This document shows positions 1 through 13,892 of a stretch of DNA of 64,000 bases, piece after piece; position 1 is the first letter of the stretch, and every line of letters begins with the position of its first letter. Source of the DNA: Octopus sinensis (lineage: Eukaryota); NCBI RefSeq assembly GCF_006345805.1, contig NC_043005.1, positions 17,298,001 to 17,362,000 on the forward strand, read 5' to 3'. A model generated the notes under the pieces. It was not told the DNA's origin, did no database searches, and worked only from the letters and a program-made list of their open reading frames with translations. The translations under genes and the position numbers were made by a program.

Positions 1-61
1 ATACTTAACCCTGTCCCCAAAACTGCTGGTTTTGTGCTAAAATTTGAAACCTTTCAACAGC

Positions 62-465
62 AATGAGCTGGCAGAATCATTCGTAATATTGGACAAAATA
101 CTCAGCAGCGTTTCTTTCCATTCTGAGTTCAAATTCTGCCGAAGTCAACTTTGTCTTTCATACTCTTGGGGTTGAAATAACCAACTAACCATCTCCTCAA
201 ATGTGCTAGCTTTGTGCCAAAATTAGGAATTATTATAATTATTATCATTATTAAGGTGGTAAGCTGGTAGAATTGTTAGCATGCTGGACAAAATACTTAG
301 TGGTATTTCGCCTGTAGTTACGTTCTGAGTTCAAATTCCACTGAGGTCGACTTTGTCTTTCATTCTTTGGACTCGCTAAATTAAGTACCATTTGAGTACT
401 GGGATCGATGTAATCGACTATCACCCTCCCCTAAATTTGAGGCCTTCTGCTTTTAGTAGACACAA
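62..465 (+). mobile_element. Two degraded copies of SINE family C (tRNA-like head, Nin-domain-like core)
   Basis: GAGCTGGCAGAATC...GTTCTGAGTTCAAATTC...GTCGACTTTG.CTTTCAT motif shared with many copies in the window. Confidence 0.8.
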
Positions 466-632
466 TTATTATTATACCTCAGGTATCTAAAAGGTTTCGC
501 CAACATGTTCCATACATTCACTTTAACATGAAGTCTCTATAAAGAACAGTGTGTTCCATTCTAAATAAGGCTATTTCTCAGTGGTGTGTGTGTGTGTGTA
601 TGTGTGTACACACACACATATATATATAATGT

Positions 633-973
633 AGAGATGCAATGGCCCAGTGGTTAGGGCAGTTGACTGGTGGTCATAAGACACACTTGCAATTCCCAGA
701 CCAGGCTTTGTGAATGTTTATTGAGTGAAAACCCCTAAAGTTCCATGTAGCTCTGGCAGGGTGTGGTGGCATACCCTGCTGTATTCTTCCACCACAACTT
801 TCTTCCTGTTTCTGTTGTACCTGTATTTCAAAGGACCAGCCTTGTTGCACTCTGTGTCACGCTGAATCTCCCCCGAGAACTACGTTAAGAGTACACGTGT
901 CTGTGGAGTGCTCAGCCACTAGCATGTTAATTTCACGAGCTGGCTGTTCCGTTGATCGAATCAACTGGAAACC
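633..973 (+). mobile_element. SINE family A (tRNA-derived head), tail type i
   Basis: A-box TGGCCCAGTGG; body matches 44865-45185 and 63540-63920. Confidence 0.85.
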
Positions 974-975
974 TT

Positions 976-1352
976 ACTCTCTCTTTTACTTTGTTTCAGT
1001 CATTTGACTGTGGCCATGCTGGAGCACCACCTTTAGTCGAGCATATCGACCCCAGGACTTATTCTTTGTAAGCCTAGTACTTATTCTATCAGTCTCTTTT
1101 GCTGAACTGCTAAGTTACAGGGACGTAAACACACCAGCATCAGATGTGAAGCAATGTTGGGGGGGACAAACACACACACACACACATATATATACGTTGG
1201 GCTTCTTTCAGTTTCCATCTACCAAATCCACTCACAAGGCTTTGGTCGGCCCGAGGGTATAGTAGAAGACAATTGCCCAAGGTGTCATGCAGTGGGACTG
1301 AACCCGGAACCACGTGGTTGGTAAGCAAACTACTTACCACACAGCCACTCCT
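976..1352 (-). mobile_element. SINE family B (tRNA head, CORE-like segment, internal (CA)/(TA) microsatellite)
   Basis: Reverse strand reads GGAGTGGCTGTGTGGTAAG...GGTTCAGTCCCAC...ACCTTGGGCAA; more than 15 related copies in the window. Confidence 0.9.
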
Positions 1353-1590
1353 ACACCTTCCTTATTGTCATAACCAAGGGAGTGCCACGATATATATATA
1401 TAATGGATGATCAACAGAATCTTAGATGTATTTTGCACTGCTTGTTTTGACTACTACTACTGCTGCTACTGCTACTACTGTTCCACTTATAATGGGGACA
1501 ATCTCAATCTAGATCCACACCCCATCCTGTTGAGAACAACTTTGTTGCCATTTTTAAACAATCTTCCAACATTGATAAAATAAGTACAAG

Positions 1591-1649
1591 TTGGTGTATT
1601 GAGATTGGTGTATTGAGATTGGTGTATTGAGATTGGTGTATTGAGATTG
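1591..1649. repeat. 14-bp tandem repeat (TTGGTGTATTGAGA) x4
   Basis: Read directly. Confidence 0.9.
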
Positions 1650-1834
1650 ATTAAATCAACACATCTTCCCACAAAAATAAGTGGCACTGTGCCAATCTGA
1701 GGAATCTCTATAATTTTGGTGGAGGCAGCAGTAAAGTAACATCCAGGAATAACGGCAACAGACATCTTACAGCATTTAGTTACTGCCCGGATTGACTTTG
1801 CCCTTCAAAAAAAAAAAAAAATAATAATAATAAT

Positions 1835-2032
1835 CATCATCATCGTCGTTTAACGTCCATTTTCCGCGCTAGCACGGGTTGGATGGTTCGACCGGGGTCT
1901 GGGAAGCCAGGGGCTGCACCAGGCTCCAGTCTGATCTGGCAGAGTTTCTACAGCTGGATGCCCTTCCTAACGCCAACCACTCCGCGAGTGTAGTGGGTGC
2001 TTTTTACGTGCCACCTGCACAGGTGCCAGGGG
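1835..2032 (-). mobile_element. SINE family D (Meta-domain-like core, RTE-type (GAT)n tail), 3' part
   Basis: Reverse strand GTGGTTGGCGTTAGGAAGGGCATCCAGCTGTAGAAA...GGACGTTAAACGA(TGA)n. Confidence 0.85.
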
Positions 2033-4211
2033 GAATAATAATAATAATAATAAAACACTAGGGCTGGTCTTTTTTATTTTATAGCTTTCTGTAGCTGTTT
2101 CAGTCATTAGACTGCGGCCATACTGGAGCACCATCTTGAAGAACTTTTTTTTTTAGTCGAATGAATTGACCCTAGAAGTTATTTTTTTTAATTGGTCTCT
2201 TTTGCCAAACTGCTAAGCTACAGGGGATGTAAACAAACCAAAAAGGGTAAAGCAGTGGCGGGAAATAAAAACAGACACAAAGACACACACACATATCATC
2301 ATCATTGTCCATCTTCTTCACATTCTGAGTTTAAAATTCTGTTGAGGTCAACTTTGCTTTTCATCCTTTCAGGCTTGATAAAGTAGGTACCAGTCATGTT
2401 CTGAGGTCAATGTAATTGACTAGCCCTCCTCACCCAGAATTTCAGGCCTTGTGCCTATGATACAAAGGATCGTTGTTGTCGTCGTCATCATCATTATTAA
2501 GGCAACAAGCTAGTAATATCATTAACATGTTGGACAAAATGCTTAGCTGGTATTCTGGTTATTTATGTTCTGTCCAGTTCAACTTTGCTTTACACCTTTT
2601 CAAGGTCAATAGAATTAAGTACCAGTTAAGTACTGGAGCAATTTAATCAACCTTCCTCCACCCCTCAAAACTGCTAGCCTTGTGTCAAAATTTGAATTAT
2701 TATTATTTTGCAGAATCTATAGAACATTGGACAAAAAAACTTAGTGGTATTTAAAAAAAAAAGTGTCAATATTTAACCCTATACAAAACCCTATCTGAGC
2801 AGAGGAACTGGTGATTAAAAAGAGTTTATGTCATAATCATCCCTTTATCTATTTATTTACTCTGTCAAATAAATACATTTATACATGTAATATATTTATT
2901 CACATTGTTCTGAATTAATCATACATTATCTCATAGCTTTGAGATTCCAGTGATGTGATAGTTTATTTTCAGAATGACATTGTAGGGTAGTTGTGAAAGG
3001 CTGGATCTGACATGTTTGAACATAAACAAAGTAGAATATTTGGGCCAGATATGGGTGGTCCAAATGCCAAAGGGTTAATGCTAATTTTCACCATCTGAGG
3101 GGACCAGAACAAGTTCGAGTAAAATACCTGTTCAGGGACACAATGCCCTTCCTGAACCAAGAACTAAATTTGCAAGCATATGACTAAGAGCCCAATTATG
3201 GGCCCACCCACCAAGACTGAGCCTGGCCAACTTGAATTACAATGTGGGCCACTTTAATCAGAGAAAGTCTTTTGAGGGCTGCTTATATACTGACAGAATT
3301 GAAAGCATGTTATTATTACAATAATGAATGGATGATCATTGATTCCACATGAAACATTATCGTGGTATTTGTTTCACCTCTCTTGACTGAGTTCAAATCC
3401 CAGAGAAGTCGACTGTCTGTCATTCTTTCAAAGTACCAATCCAAGGAGAAGACTGACTCAACTGTAAGGAAGTTGGGCCAGATGCTTTGCAATATTTGAG
3501 TTCAAATCTCACCAGAGACTTTTAGGGTGACAAGCTTAATCCGTTGTCTGGTTTACACCATCATCTGGAACCCTGGGTACCTGTTGCAAGGATTTGGATC
3601 AAATCTCTGATTCGAAGGTATCTTGCACCATCTCCCCCACCAGTTCTAGAGTCCCTTGTGAAAATGGGTCACAGGCACAACTTTTTAACCTGATTAAAAG
3701 AGAAAACAAAGAAAATTATGCAAGGGAGATTAAGCAACTATTTCTAGCAAGCAGAACGACCACGTATAGGCTTCATTATGGTGTATGTGATATGTGGTCA
3801 ATAGGTGAAAATACCTCTCCCAACTCAAACTTTGGCCTGTCCCCCCCCTACTCCTTCCTGCCAAGTAACTTAACACTTGGACTAGAATAACACAGAGTCA
3901 AAGACATTCGTTATTCTTTCTCTTCTTCCCAGTGGGTGGCACCAGCAATAACAGTAGTTTATGGAGGTCTATGTTGACATGTAGCAGCTTGTTTGGTGTG
4001 GCCTTCATTCCTCTTCCTCTTCTTACAATCTAACCCATAAAGGGTGGTTTACATTTAATCAAAGCTGTCAACGAAGAAACTTCCAAGTACACCCACCCCC
4101 TTCCATTCCTCACTCCCTCCTTAACCAACCCAGAGCTAGTCGTGACTTTATTGACATTTTAAACTTGCAGTTCTTGTGTTCTACATATACAAGATAAGTG
4201 TATGTGTATTC

Positions 4212-4274
<63 letters not shown>

Positions 4275-5665
4275 GAGAGAGAGAGATAAGATATATAAAA
4301 CATATACATACATAGTATCTTTCATACACACATACATGTAAAACACACATACATATATATACACACTCACATTTTAACGAATTCTGTTCTCTACTTTTTT
4401 ACTGGTATTTGAATTAGAGATATTTGGTGGAAAAAAAAATTCTTTTTTTTTTCCCCACAATCCTCAATTAAAAACTAATTTAAGTAATTAGACTCGTAAA
4501 TTAGAATACATTTCTTTTTCTTTTTTTTTTTAATCTTCAAATATTTTCAATTGAATACTTTAATACATAAGTTTTTTTTGTTTTTTTTTTGTTCCTGTAG
4601 CATTTTTATTTTTGTTTGTTTTTTTTTTTTTTTCTGTTTCTATTAGTGTGTGCATAAAATGTTTGGTGCTGAATGCTGCTGTTAATCTTTTTTTCTGCTT
4701 TGAATGTTGATGACAGACTTGCATGTAGTACAGCAGTAGTAGTACTACATGCATGTAGTACCACTGTTGTTATAATTAGTCACCAGATCAGTCCTGAAGT
4801 AGCAAGGAGATCAATGAGGATACGAAGTTCCAGCCATGACTATGACTTATGCAAGCATAAGACAAAGAAACACTGATGAGGATTTGAAATGTAACCACAC
4901 GTGGATTGTTGGCTATTTTCCCTTCTTTCTCTTTGGACTTACCTCTTTCTGACAAAGAGTTATGGCTCGAAACATTAACAACTCTCTCTTTCACCAAGCA
5001 TCAAATTAATATATTGTTTGAGTACATCCTCAAAAAAGTTTTTTTTCTTTCTCTCTTTTTTAATTGTTTTTTCTTTGAATTGACTATATATAAGCAAAAC
5101 ATTGAGACACTGATATTTGTTATCAGATGTCACTACTGTTCATATCATCTGTGGATAAATTTTTTAATTGATGATATCACCAGCAGTGACATAGGTGGGT
5201 CGCAGGCGCAATAGCATTAAATAGCTATGAATTATAAATTTGCAAAAAGTGTAATGATGCTTAACAAGCATCTACCTGCTAGAAATAAGAGCTAAAGTCT
5301 TAAATTAATCCACTGTATCGCACCAAGATAACAGAGAAAAACAGTATGCGAGGAAAACAGAAAGAATTAAAACAGCACAAAATGAAAATATTATGCAATT
5401 AGGGATATAAATATATATACACACACACACACACACATATGCAACAACTTATGTAAACAAACTTTCGTTTGGAAGTGTTTACTGTATATCCTATCAGACA
5501 CAAGAAAGTAATATTTAGAACATAGTTTAGCTGTGACACCAGCAGAAGTATTGTGTATTTTGCCCTTATATAACAGAATAAGTTGTCAGTAGACCCAATC
5601 TTTTTGCTGTTTACATGGCTGTACTGTGTTCAAAATATTACTTTCTTGTCTGTATACATGATATA

Positions 5666-5697
<32 letters not shown>

Positions 5698-5700
<3 letters not shown>

Positions 5701-5999
5701 CGTGATCGACCAGGCTATCAGATGTTGCTACACATCGCTGGTCACAATGCGCTTAGCACTGTTTTAGCCTTCAAATGACGCCACCCGGCTGGCTAAGCGA
5801 GCAGGCCAACAGAAGAAAGACCGAGAGAAAGTTGCGGCGAAAGAGTACAGCAGGGATCGCCACCACCCCCTTCCGGAGCTTCATGGAGCTTTTTTAGGTG
5901 TTTTTGCACAATAAACACTCACAACGCCCGGTCTGGGAATCGAAACTGCGATCCTACAACCGCGAGTCCGCTGCCCTAACCACTGGGCCATTGCGCCTC

Positions 6000-6001
<2 letters not shown>
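5698..6001 (-). mobile_element. SINE family A, tail type ii
   Basis: Same head as 633-973; tail matches 25100-25215. Confidence 0.85.
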
Positions 6002-6038
<37 letters not shown>

Positions 6039-6229
6039 GCTTGTGTGTACAGACAATGGGCAAATGTAAAAAAAAAAATAATCAAACGTGAGCCATTACA
6101 CAAAGAAGTTGATTCCTGATCTGGAACCACATTATTCTCCCAGCAGCGACATAAGCTTAGCTGTGATGTAATTGAGAAACCTTCTCTCATATGCTACAAT
6201 CACACAATATAATGGTTATGTTGTATATA

Positions 6230-7375
6230 CACCGTCTCGCTGTCATTCTTACATTTACTGTATACAGCACAATACAACAGTGATATACAATACAACATAG
6301 AGACATGTAATACAAAACAATGGTATATAGCAGTGCTTCTCAAAGTGGTGGTCAGCAAACCATCAGCTGCCAGTACACAGTGAGTGTCCAGAAAAGAAAC
6401 AAACAATATAAAATGCTTATGAAATGCTTATGTAATATTGTATTATTTGTTTACAAAATAAATACAAGATAAAAACAATTGTTGATCGTTTAACGTCCGC
6501 TTTCCATGCTAGCATGGGTTGGACAATTTAACAGAGGACTGGCGAACCAGATGGCTGCACCAGGTTCCAGTCTGATCTGGCAGAGTTTCTACAGCTGGAT
6601 GCCCTTCTTAACACCAACCACTCTGAGAGTGTAGTGGGTGCTTTTACGTGCCACTGGCACGAGGGCCAGTCAGGCGGTACTGGCAATGGCCACACTCAAA
6701 TGTTGTTTTTTACGTGCCACCTGCTCAGGAGCCAGTCCAGTGGCACTGGCAACGACCTTGCTCAACTGGTATAAATTAATATTACTAAGAAATATTACCG
6801 GTCCCTGGCACATTGGAAAAAAAAAACTGCCTGTACAACACATCAGATAGTTTGAGAAACACTGGTATATAGTACAAGGCTGTACAACACTGATACACAG
6901 TATAACACAGTGGTATATAGTGCAAAAGTGTTTATATAGTACACTTGTTGTATACACTGCAATGATATACAGTACATAGGCATATGACACAGTGCTATGC
7001 AGTACAACACAGTGGTGTACATTGTGCAGAAATATACAGTACAAGGATATACAACACTGTTGTATACAGTCCAAAGATATAAAACTTAGATATGTTTCAA
7101 CCAAAGATTGGTCCAGGCCATGTCTAACTTAATAGTACTACCTGATAGGATTATCTAAATCCTTTTTAAGTCAAGTTTTGTAGTATTATGATCCATTCAA
7201 GTAGTTGAATGAGTTGTATCCCAGGAATGGGTGGCTTATCCGGTATTCCTTGAAGAAATCTGTCCAGACTCCGTTTAAAGGTGATGGGATCCTTTTACTC
7301 TTTAATCAGTTTTGGGACAATGTTAAACAGGGCAGGGCAGTACAACACAGTAGTATACAATACTTTGGTATATAT
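6230..7375. repeat. Diverged minisatellite (TATACAGTACAACACAGTGG-like units) interrupted by SINE D (about 6487-6762) and a LINE end
   Basis: Recurrent ACAACACAGTGGTATATAG variants on both sides of the inserts. Confidence 0.65.
7078..7338 (-). mobile_element. 5'-truncated CR1/L2-type LINE 3' end
   Basis: Close reverse complement of 52610-52887. Confidence 0.85.
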
Positions 7376-7451
7376 ATTGTATTCAATATAAAACCGAAGT
7401 ATATTTTAGCAGTGGTGGAATGATGATTATTATTATTATTATTATTATTAT

Positions 7452-7912
7452 TGAGTGAGAGAGCAGTGCATGCCATCAAAGCGACACTGGGGTAAAATAT
7501 ACGAAGCCCAGTATACCCATCATGACTACCCGTCTGATAAGGGTACACTAGGCACATGCATCACAACCATATGTGCGCGACATGGTGATCTCATATCAAG
7601 ATAAACAGCACATGACCTTGCAGGTGGGGCCCACTTAGAATTTTCTTCAGGTCGAGTAGCCCATCCTGCTCAAAAGGTCCCTGAATAAGGGTTGTTTAAG
7701 GATGTTGAATGAAACACCCATGTTTCCAGAGGTGAATTATTCAAACCCCAAAGAATCCCTCTCAACACATGGCTATGATGCTCCCCCACTACTTCTGCTT
7801 GTGATCAGAGATGCACATATCGTCAGCCACTAAGGGACATACTCTCAACTGGTTAAGGTCAAACAACTGACAAGCAAATCTGTGGTTTTGAGCAGAAAAT
7901 TTGCTGTAGCCC
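7452..7912 (-). mobile_element. About 460-bp interspersed element inserted in (TAA)n
   Basis: Complex sequence flanked on both sides by TTA repeats; family and strand inferred only. Confidence 0.5.
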
Positions 7913-7932
7913 TATTATTTTTATTATTATTA

Positions 7933-8615
7933 AGGCAGCGAGCTGGTAGAGTTGTTAGCATGCTGGACAAAATGCTTAGCAGTATTTCGCCCATCGCTAT
8001 GTTCTGAGTTCAAATTCCGACTTTGCCTCTCGTCCTTTTGAGGTTGATAAAATTAAGTACCAGCTGAACACTAGAGTCAAGGTAATTGACTCATCTCCAC
8101 CTCCTACAATCTACCCTTGTGGCAAAAATTATTTATTACTATTAAGGTGGTGAGCTGGCAGAGTTGTTAGCAAGTTGGACAAAATGCCTGGTGGTATTTC
8201 ACCCATCACTATGTTCTGAGTTCAAATTCCGCCGAGGTCGACTTTGCCTTTTATTCTTTCAGGGTCGATAAATCAAATAACTGTGAAACACTGAGGTTGA
8301 TGTAATCAACTAGTCCCCTCCCCCAAAACTTCAGGCCTTGTGCCTTTAGTAGAAGATATTATTATTATTATTATTATTATTATATTATTATTATTATTAA
8401 GGCAGCAAGCTGGCAGAATGGTTAGCATGCTGGGCAAAATGACTTAGCGATATTTTGCCCACTGCGTTGTTCTGAGTTCAAATCCCACCGAGGCCGACAA
8501 TGCCTTTCTCATCCTTTTGAGGTCGATAAACTAAGCACCAGTTGAACATTGGGGTCGATTACATCGACCCATTCCATCTCCCAAAATTGCTGCTCTTCTG
8601 GCAAAATCTGAAACC
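7933..8615 (+). mobile_element. Three head-to-tail SINE C copies separated by (TTA)n
   Basis: Repeated GGCAGCGAGCTGG...GTTCTGAGTTCAAATTCC...AAGTACCAG. Confidence 0.85.
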
Positions 8616-8653
8616 ATTATCATTATTATTATCATTTAGTAGTCTACAGTACA

Positions 8654-8910
8654 TCATCATCATCATCATCGTTTAACGTCCGTTCTCCATGCTAGCATGG
8701 GTTGGATGGTTCGACCGGGGATCTGGGAAGCCAGAAGGCTGCATCAGGCTCCGGTCTTATCTGGCAATGTTTCTACAGCTGGATGCCCTTCCTAACGCCA
8801 ACCACTCCGTGAGTGTAGTGGGTGCTTTTTATGTACCACCTGCACGGAAGCCAGTTGAGGCGGCACTGGCTTTGGCCACGATTCGGATGGTGCTTTTTAC
8901 ATGCCACCGA
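8654..8910 (-). mobile_element. SINE family D
   Basis: (CAT)n CGTTTAACGTCC...GGATGCCCTTCCTAACGCCAACCAC. Confidence 0.85.
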
Positions 8911-8947
8911 CACAATGATATGCAATTTGGTTCAGTGGTAACACAGT

Positions 8948-8983
<36 letters not shown>

Positions 8984-10058
8984 TATAACTCCGGGGTACA
9001 CACATACACATACCTACATACAATATTTATCTAGTGGGATAGCGGTGGAGACCAAAATGGGTGTGGCGACAAGATACTGAAGAAGATAAAAAATTAGAAC
9101 AAGATATATCCTAACATCCTGATAAGAATTTCCTCAAAAACCAGGATTTTAATTAAAATAATTAAACACCTCTTGGCTTTTTTTGGGGATTTTTTTTTTT
9201 TTGGATTTTATCCTTCTGATGTCTCCTTCCCTGTTTATATTTGTGAAACAAACACTGTGTGTGGAAATCTAGAAAATATGTTACAAATTGAAGGACGATG
9301 TATAAGGTATACACTTGAAAGGGGTGGTTTGGTAAGATTACAAAATTAAGAATATCGGGTGTTGCTTACTAATTGAGTTAAGGGCTGGTTGGGTACACAG
9401 TTGTAAAGTGTTATAGATCTAAGGGGAAAAGGAGCAGGATACAGTGTGGTACATAAGTTTGTGTGTGGGTATATATATATACACATAAGTTTGTGTGGGT
9501 GTATATATATATATATATATGTCATTATCATCATAACGATATATATAATACATAATATAATCAGATGTATGTGCTCAGAAACTGGAAAAAAAAAAGAGAG
9601 AGAAAGAATGAAAGAGAAAGAGTAAAGCTGAGAGGCAGCTATGAAGAAAGGGGGAGAAAGTAAAGCGAGAAAAAGGAAGATAGAGAGAGGGGGAAAAGAG
9701 AGACAGGGAGGAGGAGAGAGGGAGAAGTGGGAGAGGGAGGCAGGACAAAAGCTATACTGACATAAAGCGAAAGAGATAGATACTAGTTAATCAGAGAGAG
9801 GGAGAGAGAAAGGGTGATAGTGTCATGTGACCAAATGTAAGGAGCAGCAGATAAAACAGGAGAAGGAAATGTTGTATGGAGTTCTATATGAATAGATATT
9901 TTGCTAACAAGGGCCAAGACTATCCTACTGTTCTGCAATGTAATTGCATGTTTATTTGTCTGTTACTTATATCAACTTTTTAATATGACCTAGTTCTAAT
10001 ATTATTGTTATCAGAACTAGAACATAATCATGAAAATTCCATTATATATACATATATA

Positions 10059-11333
10059 CAGGGTTTGGACAAAATAATGGAAACACCTAGCGTCATAGCA
10101 TCATAATGTTGAAATATCTATAAAACCGTCAAAAGCTTGTTTATTTTTATGTTTTTTTGATTTATTATTAGTGTTGCTTAATATGTTTTGCTAAAATTGC
10201 TGTTTCTTTTCAGATATCATCAGAAAATGGTAATTAAAATTCATTAAAAAAAAACAGATCTATCGAACTTTCAAAGAGGTCAAATTGTTGGTGCTCATAT
10301 GGCAGGCGCTAGCGTAACAAAACAGCCGAAATATTTGGTGTACCAAGAAGTACTACCACAAAAGTAATGACAGCTTTTGAGAAAGAGGAAAAAACATCCT
10401 CGTTGAAACAAAACTCTGGAAGAAAACCAAAACTTTCAGATAGGGTCCATCGGACTCTTATGCAAACTGTTAAAAAGGATCACAAAAGTACAGCTCCCAA
10501 AATTACAGAAGAACTTAATGACTGCCTTGAGAACCTAGTTTCCACAAAAACTGTTCGCCAGGAGCTGCACAAAGCCAGATTTCATAGGAGGACTGCAATC
10601 AGAAAACCACTACTTTCAAAAACAAATGTTGCAAAGCATTTAGAGTGGAGTAAAAACCTACAGAATTGGTCCCTAGAGCAGTAGAAGAATGTTATTTTCT
10701 TCAATGAGTCATCCTTTACCTTATTCCTGACCACTGGCTGAGTATACATGTGGAGACAGCCAAAAGAAGCATTTGACCCAGACTGCCTTCTTCCAATAGT
10801 TAAATATGGAGTATGATCTGTGATGATCTAAGAGAGGGAGGAGGGGGGCGGGGGCTATATCTTGGAAATCCGCTGGCAGATTCATGGCAGAATTAATAGT
10901 CAAGACTATTTAAGCATTTTATCTGATCAAATTCATCCTATAGTTGCAGAACTGTTTCCAGAGGGAAAAGCAATCTTTCAGGATCATAATGTACCAATTC
11001 ACACCACTAAAGTTGTTACTGAATGACATGAGGAACATTCTGGTGAAGTTGAACATCTTATCTGGCCACCACAGTCCCAATCTCAATATTATTGAACATT
11101 TATGGTGCATTTTAGAAAAACAAGTAAGGAGTCGATATCCTTCACCATCATCACTACAAGAACTAGAGACTGTTGAAGCTGAAGAATGGACAAAAATTCC
11201 TTTGGAAACAATTCAAACTTTGTATGAGACCATACCTCATAGAATTCAAGCTGTAATTACTACCAAAGGCAGTCCTACCCTATACTAAAATAAATTTGAA
11301 ATTTTAAGGTGTTCCCATTATTTTGTCCAACCC

Positions 11334-11336
<3 letters not shown>
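10059..11336 (+). mobile_element. Full-length Tc1-like DNA transposon with decayed transposase
   Basis: TIRs CAGGGTTTGGACAAAATAATGGAAACACCT / AGGTGTTCCCATTATTTTGTCCAACCCCTG with TA flanks; peptide remnants GQIVGA, SGRKPKLS, VSTKTVRQELH, VIFFNES, FQDHN, SPNLNIIEHLW; stops and frameshifts. Confidence 0.93.
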
Positions 11337-11405
<69 letters not shown>

Positions 11406-11428
11406 TGTGTGTGTGTGTGTGCGTGTGC

Positions 11429-11477
<49 letters not shown>

Positions 11478-11480
<3 letters not shown>

Positions 11481-12083
11481 GGTGCTATGGGTAAATTATC
11501 ACCATTTTATACTTTTAATTTTGCTCATGTGCATTGTTTCTGATTTTGTCAACTACACTGTATAGTAGGGTCAACTGGGCACCATCTGTGAGATAAACAG
11601 CACCATGACGCAATTCACTCTGCCAGAAATTTGGAAACAATATGCTGTACTGCTTGGCATTCGTGCCGGAAGCTCCCATGCGAACACATGGTAAATACAC
11701 AGAACAACTGTTGGCTTGCCGTGTCCCCCAAAACATGTACCAAGAGTGATAAAAATCAAACATCCAGTCAACATCATGGTGTTTGGAGTGATCAATAGTG
11801 GTGGCGACGTTATGCTTCCATTCATCTTCCCATACGGCCTACATCAAGTGCCCTGGGTCAAGGAAGTGGCTGCTGGAAGACCCTATGTCAGGCAACTGGT
11901 CACTGCACCATGCCACACAAGTAGGAGAACCCAGTCATGGCTGTCAGACAATTTCCGCAACCACATCGTCCCTAACTTCCCAGATTGCAACCCCCCTTTG
12001 ATTATTATGTGTGGGGTGCAATTGGGTGAGGAACCAACAAAACTCCTTGTAACACCAAAGATGAACTGAAGGCAAGGATTATG
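11478..12083 (+). mobile_element. Deleted Tc1/mariner (maT/DD37D-like) transposon
   Basis: CAGGGTG start after (TA)n; remnants KHPVNIMVFGVINSGGDVMLPFIFP, PWVKEVAAGRPYV, APCHTSRRTQSWLSDNF, PDCNP. Confidence 0.82.
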
Positions 12084-12469
12084 TATGTTGTTTGTGTCTG
12101 TCCCCCACCACATCGCTAGACAACTGATGTTGGTGTGTTTACGTCCCTGTCCCCTAGCGGTTCGGCAAAAATAGACCGATAGACTAAGTATTAGGCTGAC
12201 AAGAATAAGCCTTCGGGTTGATTTATTCGACTAAAGGTGGTGCTCCAGCATGGCCACAGTCAAATGACTGAAACAAGTAAAAGAGCAAATAATACTATTA
12301 CAATTATAAAATCTCTTTCCCCCACACACATTCTCTTTCTCTCTCTTTCTCTCACACACACACACCACACACACACACTCTTTCTATATGTGCATGTTAT
12401 GTGTGTATGTGTCTGCCTCTGGCACCAAACCATCTCAATCTTATGAAAAGGAACGAAGCAAGCCTACTC

Positions 12470-12796
12470 TGCTGGAGGTATACTGTTTAGTATACATAAA
12501 CAACAAAGCACAAATGAGCTGAGAGAAAAACCGAACGTAAGAGGAATCAGATGTGGTGTGTCAAGAGAGGAGACGGCATCGGTTGTAGGCAATGTGACAC
12601 AAGGAGAGGAGAATAACAGTCGGGTAATCTGAAGTGCCAAGTAATTTAAACTGAACGAATCTGTGGAAGTGGTAAAAGCTAATCCCAAGAAGATGGAGTT
12701 CACCAAAAAAGATGACAAGGGATTGAAACAAGTGGTGTGGTGCCATACTCCAGGCAACCCATCCAAACCAGGCAAGCATGGTAAGATGCAATGACA

Positions 12797-12828
<32 letters not shown>

Positions 12829-12830
12829 AG
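12470..12830 (+). mobile_element. Decayed RTE-type LINE 3' end
   Basis: Remnant STNELREKPNVRGIRCGV followed by a (GAT)n tail resembling the SINE D tail. Confidence 0.6.
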
Positions 12831-13344
12831 ATGTTAATTATTGTTACCTCATTGTTAACAAGAAGATATTAGAAGACACCTCCTAAAATAGTTTTGGGAG
12901 GTGTCTGTATATCTAACTAGAATTAGTAGGCTGGTAAATGAAATGGTTTGTTGACAGGAATTAATTATATTGGAAATATTTGTTTTAAAATAAAGAAGAA
13001 AAAAAAAAGGAAGTGTATATTGGTAAGTTGATGTGCCATAAGTTTACATAGATAAAGTTTCAGGCATTTTTTATTTTTTTATTTTTCCACCAGCTACTTG
13101 TCTAACAAAAGACCCCACCCAAGACTAGTTTCTATTTCATTTCACAGACACACCTCATAAACCATTTATGGCTGTTTTTCATTTTCAATACATAAACATC
13201 TGCTGTCTTGTTTGTTTCTGCTCGCCCACCCCTTCTGAATATTTTTCAAGGATTCTGTCTTCCACATGCCAGAGAAAGGTTGCATAGGTTCACAAATTTT
13301 CAAAATTTCAACTAAGCTTTGACATGTAGATGTTTTCATTCCCT

Positions 13345-13710
13345 TACTCTTTTACTTGTTTCAGTCATTTTGACAGCGGCCATGCTGGAGCACTGCCTTT
13401 AGTCAAGCAAATCGACCCCAGGACTTATTCTTTGTAAGCCTAGTACTTATTCTATTGGTCGCTTTTGCCAAACTGCTAAGTGACGGGGACGTAAACACAC
13501 CAGCATCAGTGGCGGACGAAATACAACAAAACATTTCGCCCAGCGTGCTAACTTTTCTGCCAGCTCGCCACCTTTCAGTTTCTTTCTACCAAATCCACTC
13601 ACATGGCTTTGGTTGGCACGGAGCTATAGTAGAAGACACTTGCTCAAGATGCCATGCAGTGGGACTGAACACGGAACTGTGTGGTAGGGAAGCAAGCTGC
13701 TAACTACGCT
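13345..13710 (-). mobile_element. SINE B with internal SINE C fragment
   Basis: Family B arms with GACGAAATAC...CCAGCTCGCC replacing the internal microsatellite. Confidence 0.75.
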
Positions 13711-13892
13711 TAACATTTAATAAGAAAATTTTCAGTAACTATCCTAGGTTCAATCCATGTGATTTCCTTTTACAGCCAATGTAACAATGCAACAGATGAA
13801 ACATAAAATAAACTGACCTTCTTTTTGAATGGTACCAAGGGAAGTCACATGTTTAACCATTTTGATTAGTACCAATGCATGTTTTAATAATT

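Noticed and set aside
633-710. tRNA genes at SINE heads
   Set aside because: tRNA-derived SINE heads continuing into SINE bodies; no proper cloverleaf
1487-1765. 92-aa minus-strand ORF
   Set aside because: Contains a 14-bp tandem repeat; no recognisable domain or splice support
4873-4895. CTGATGA-GGATTT-GAAA-TGTA hammerhead-like core
   Set aside because: No stem I, II or III pairing
9040-9085. HPFW resembling the NIDO APFW motif
   Set aside because: Context does not match and a stop follows within a few codons
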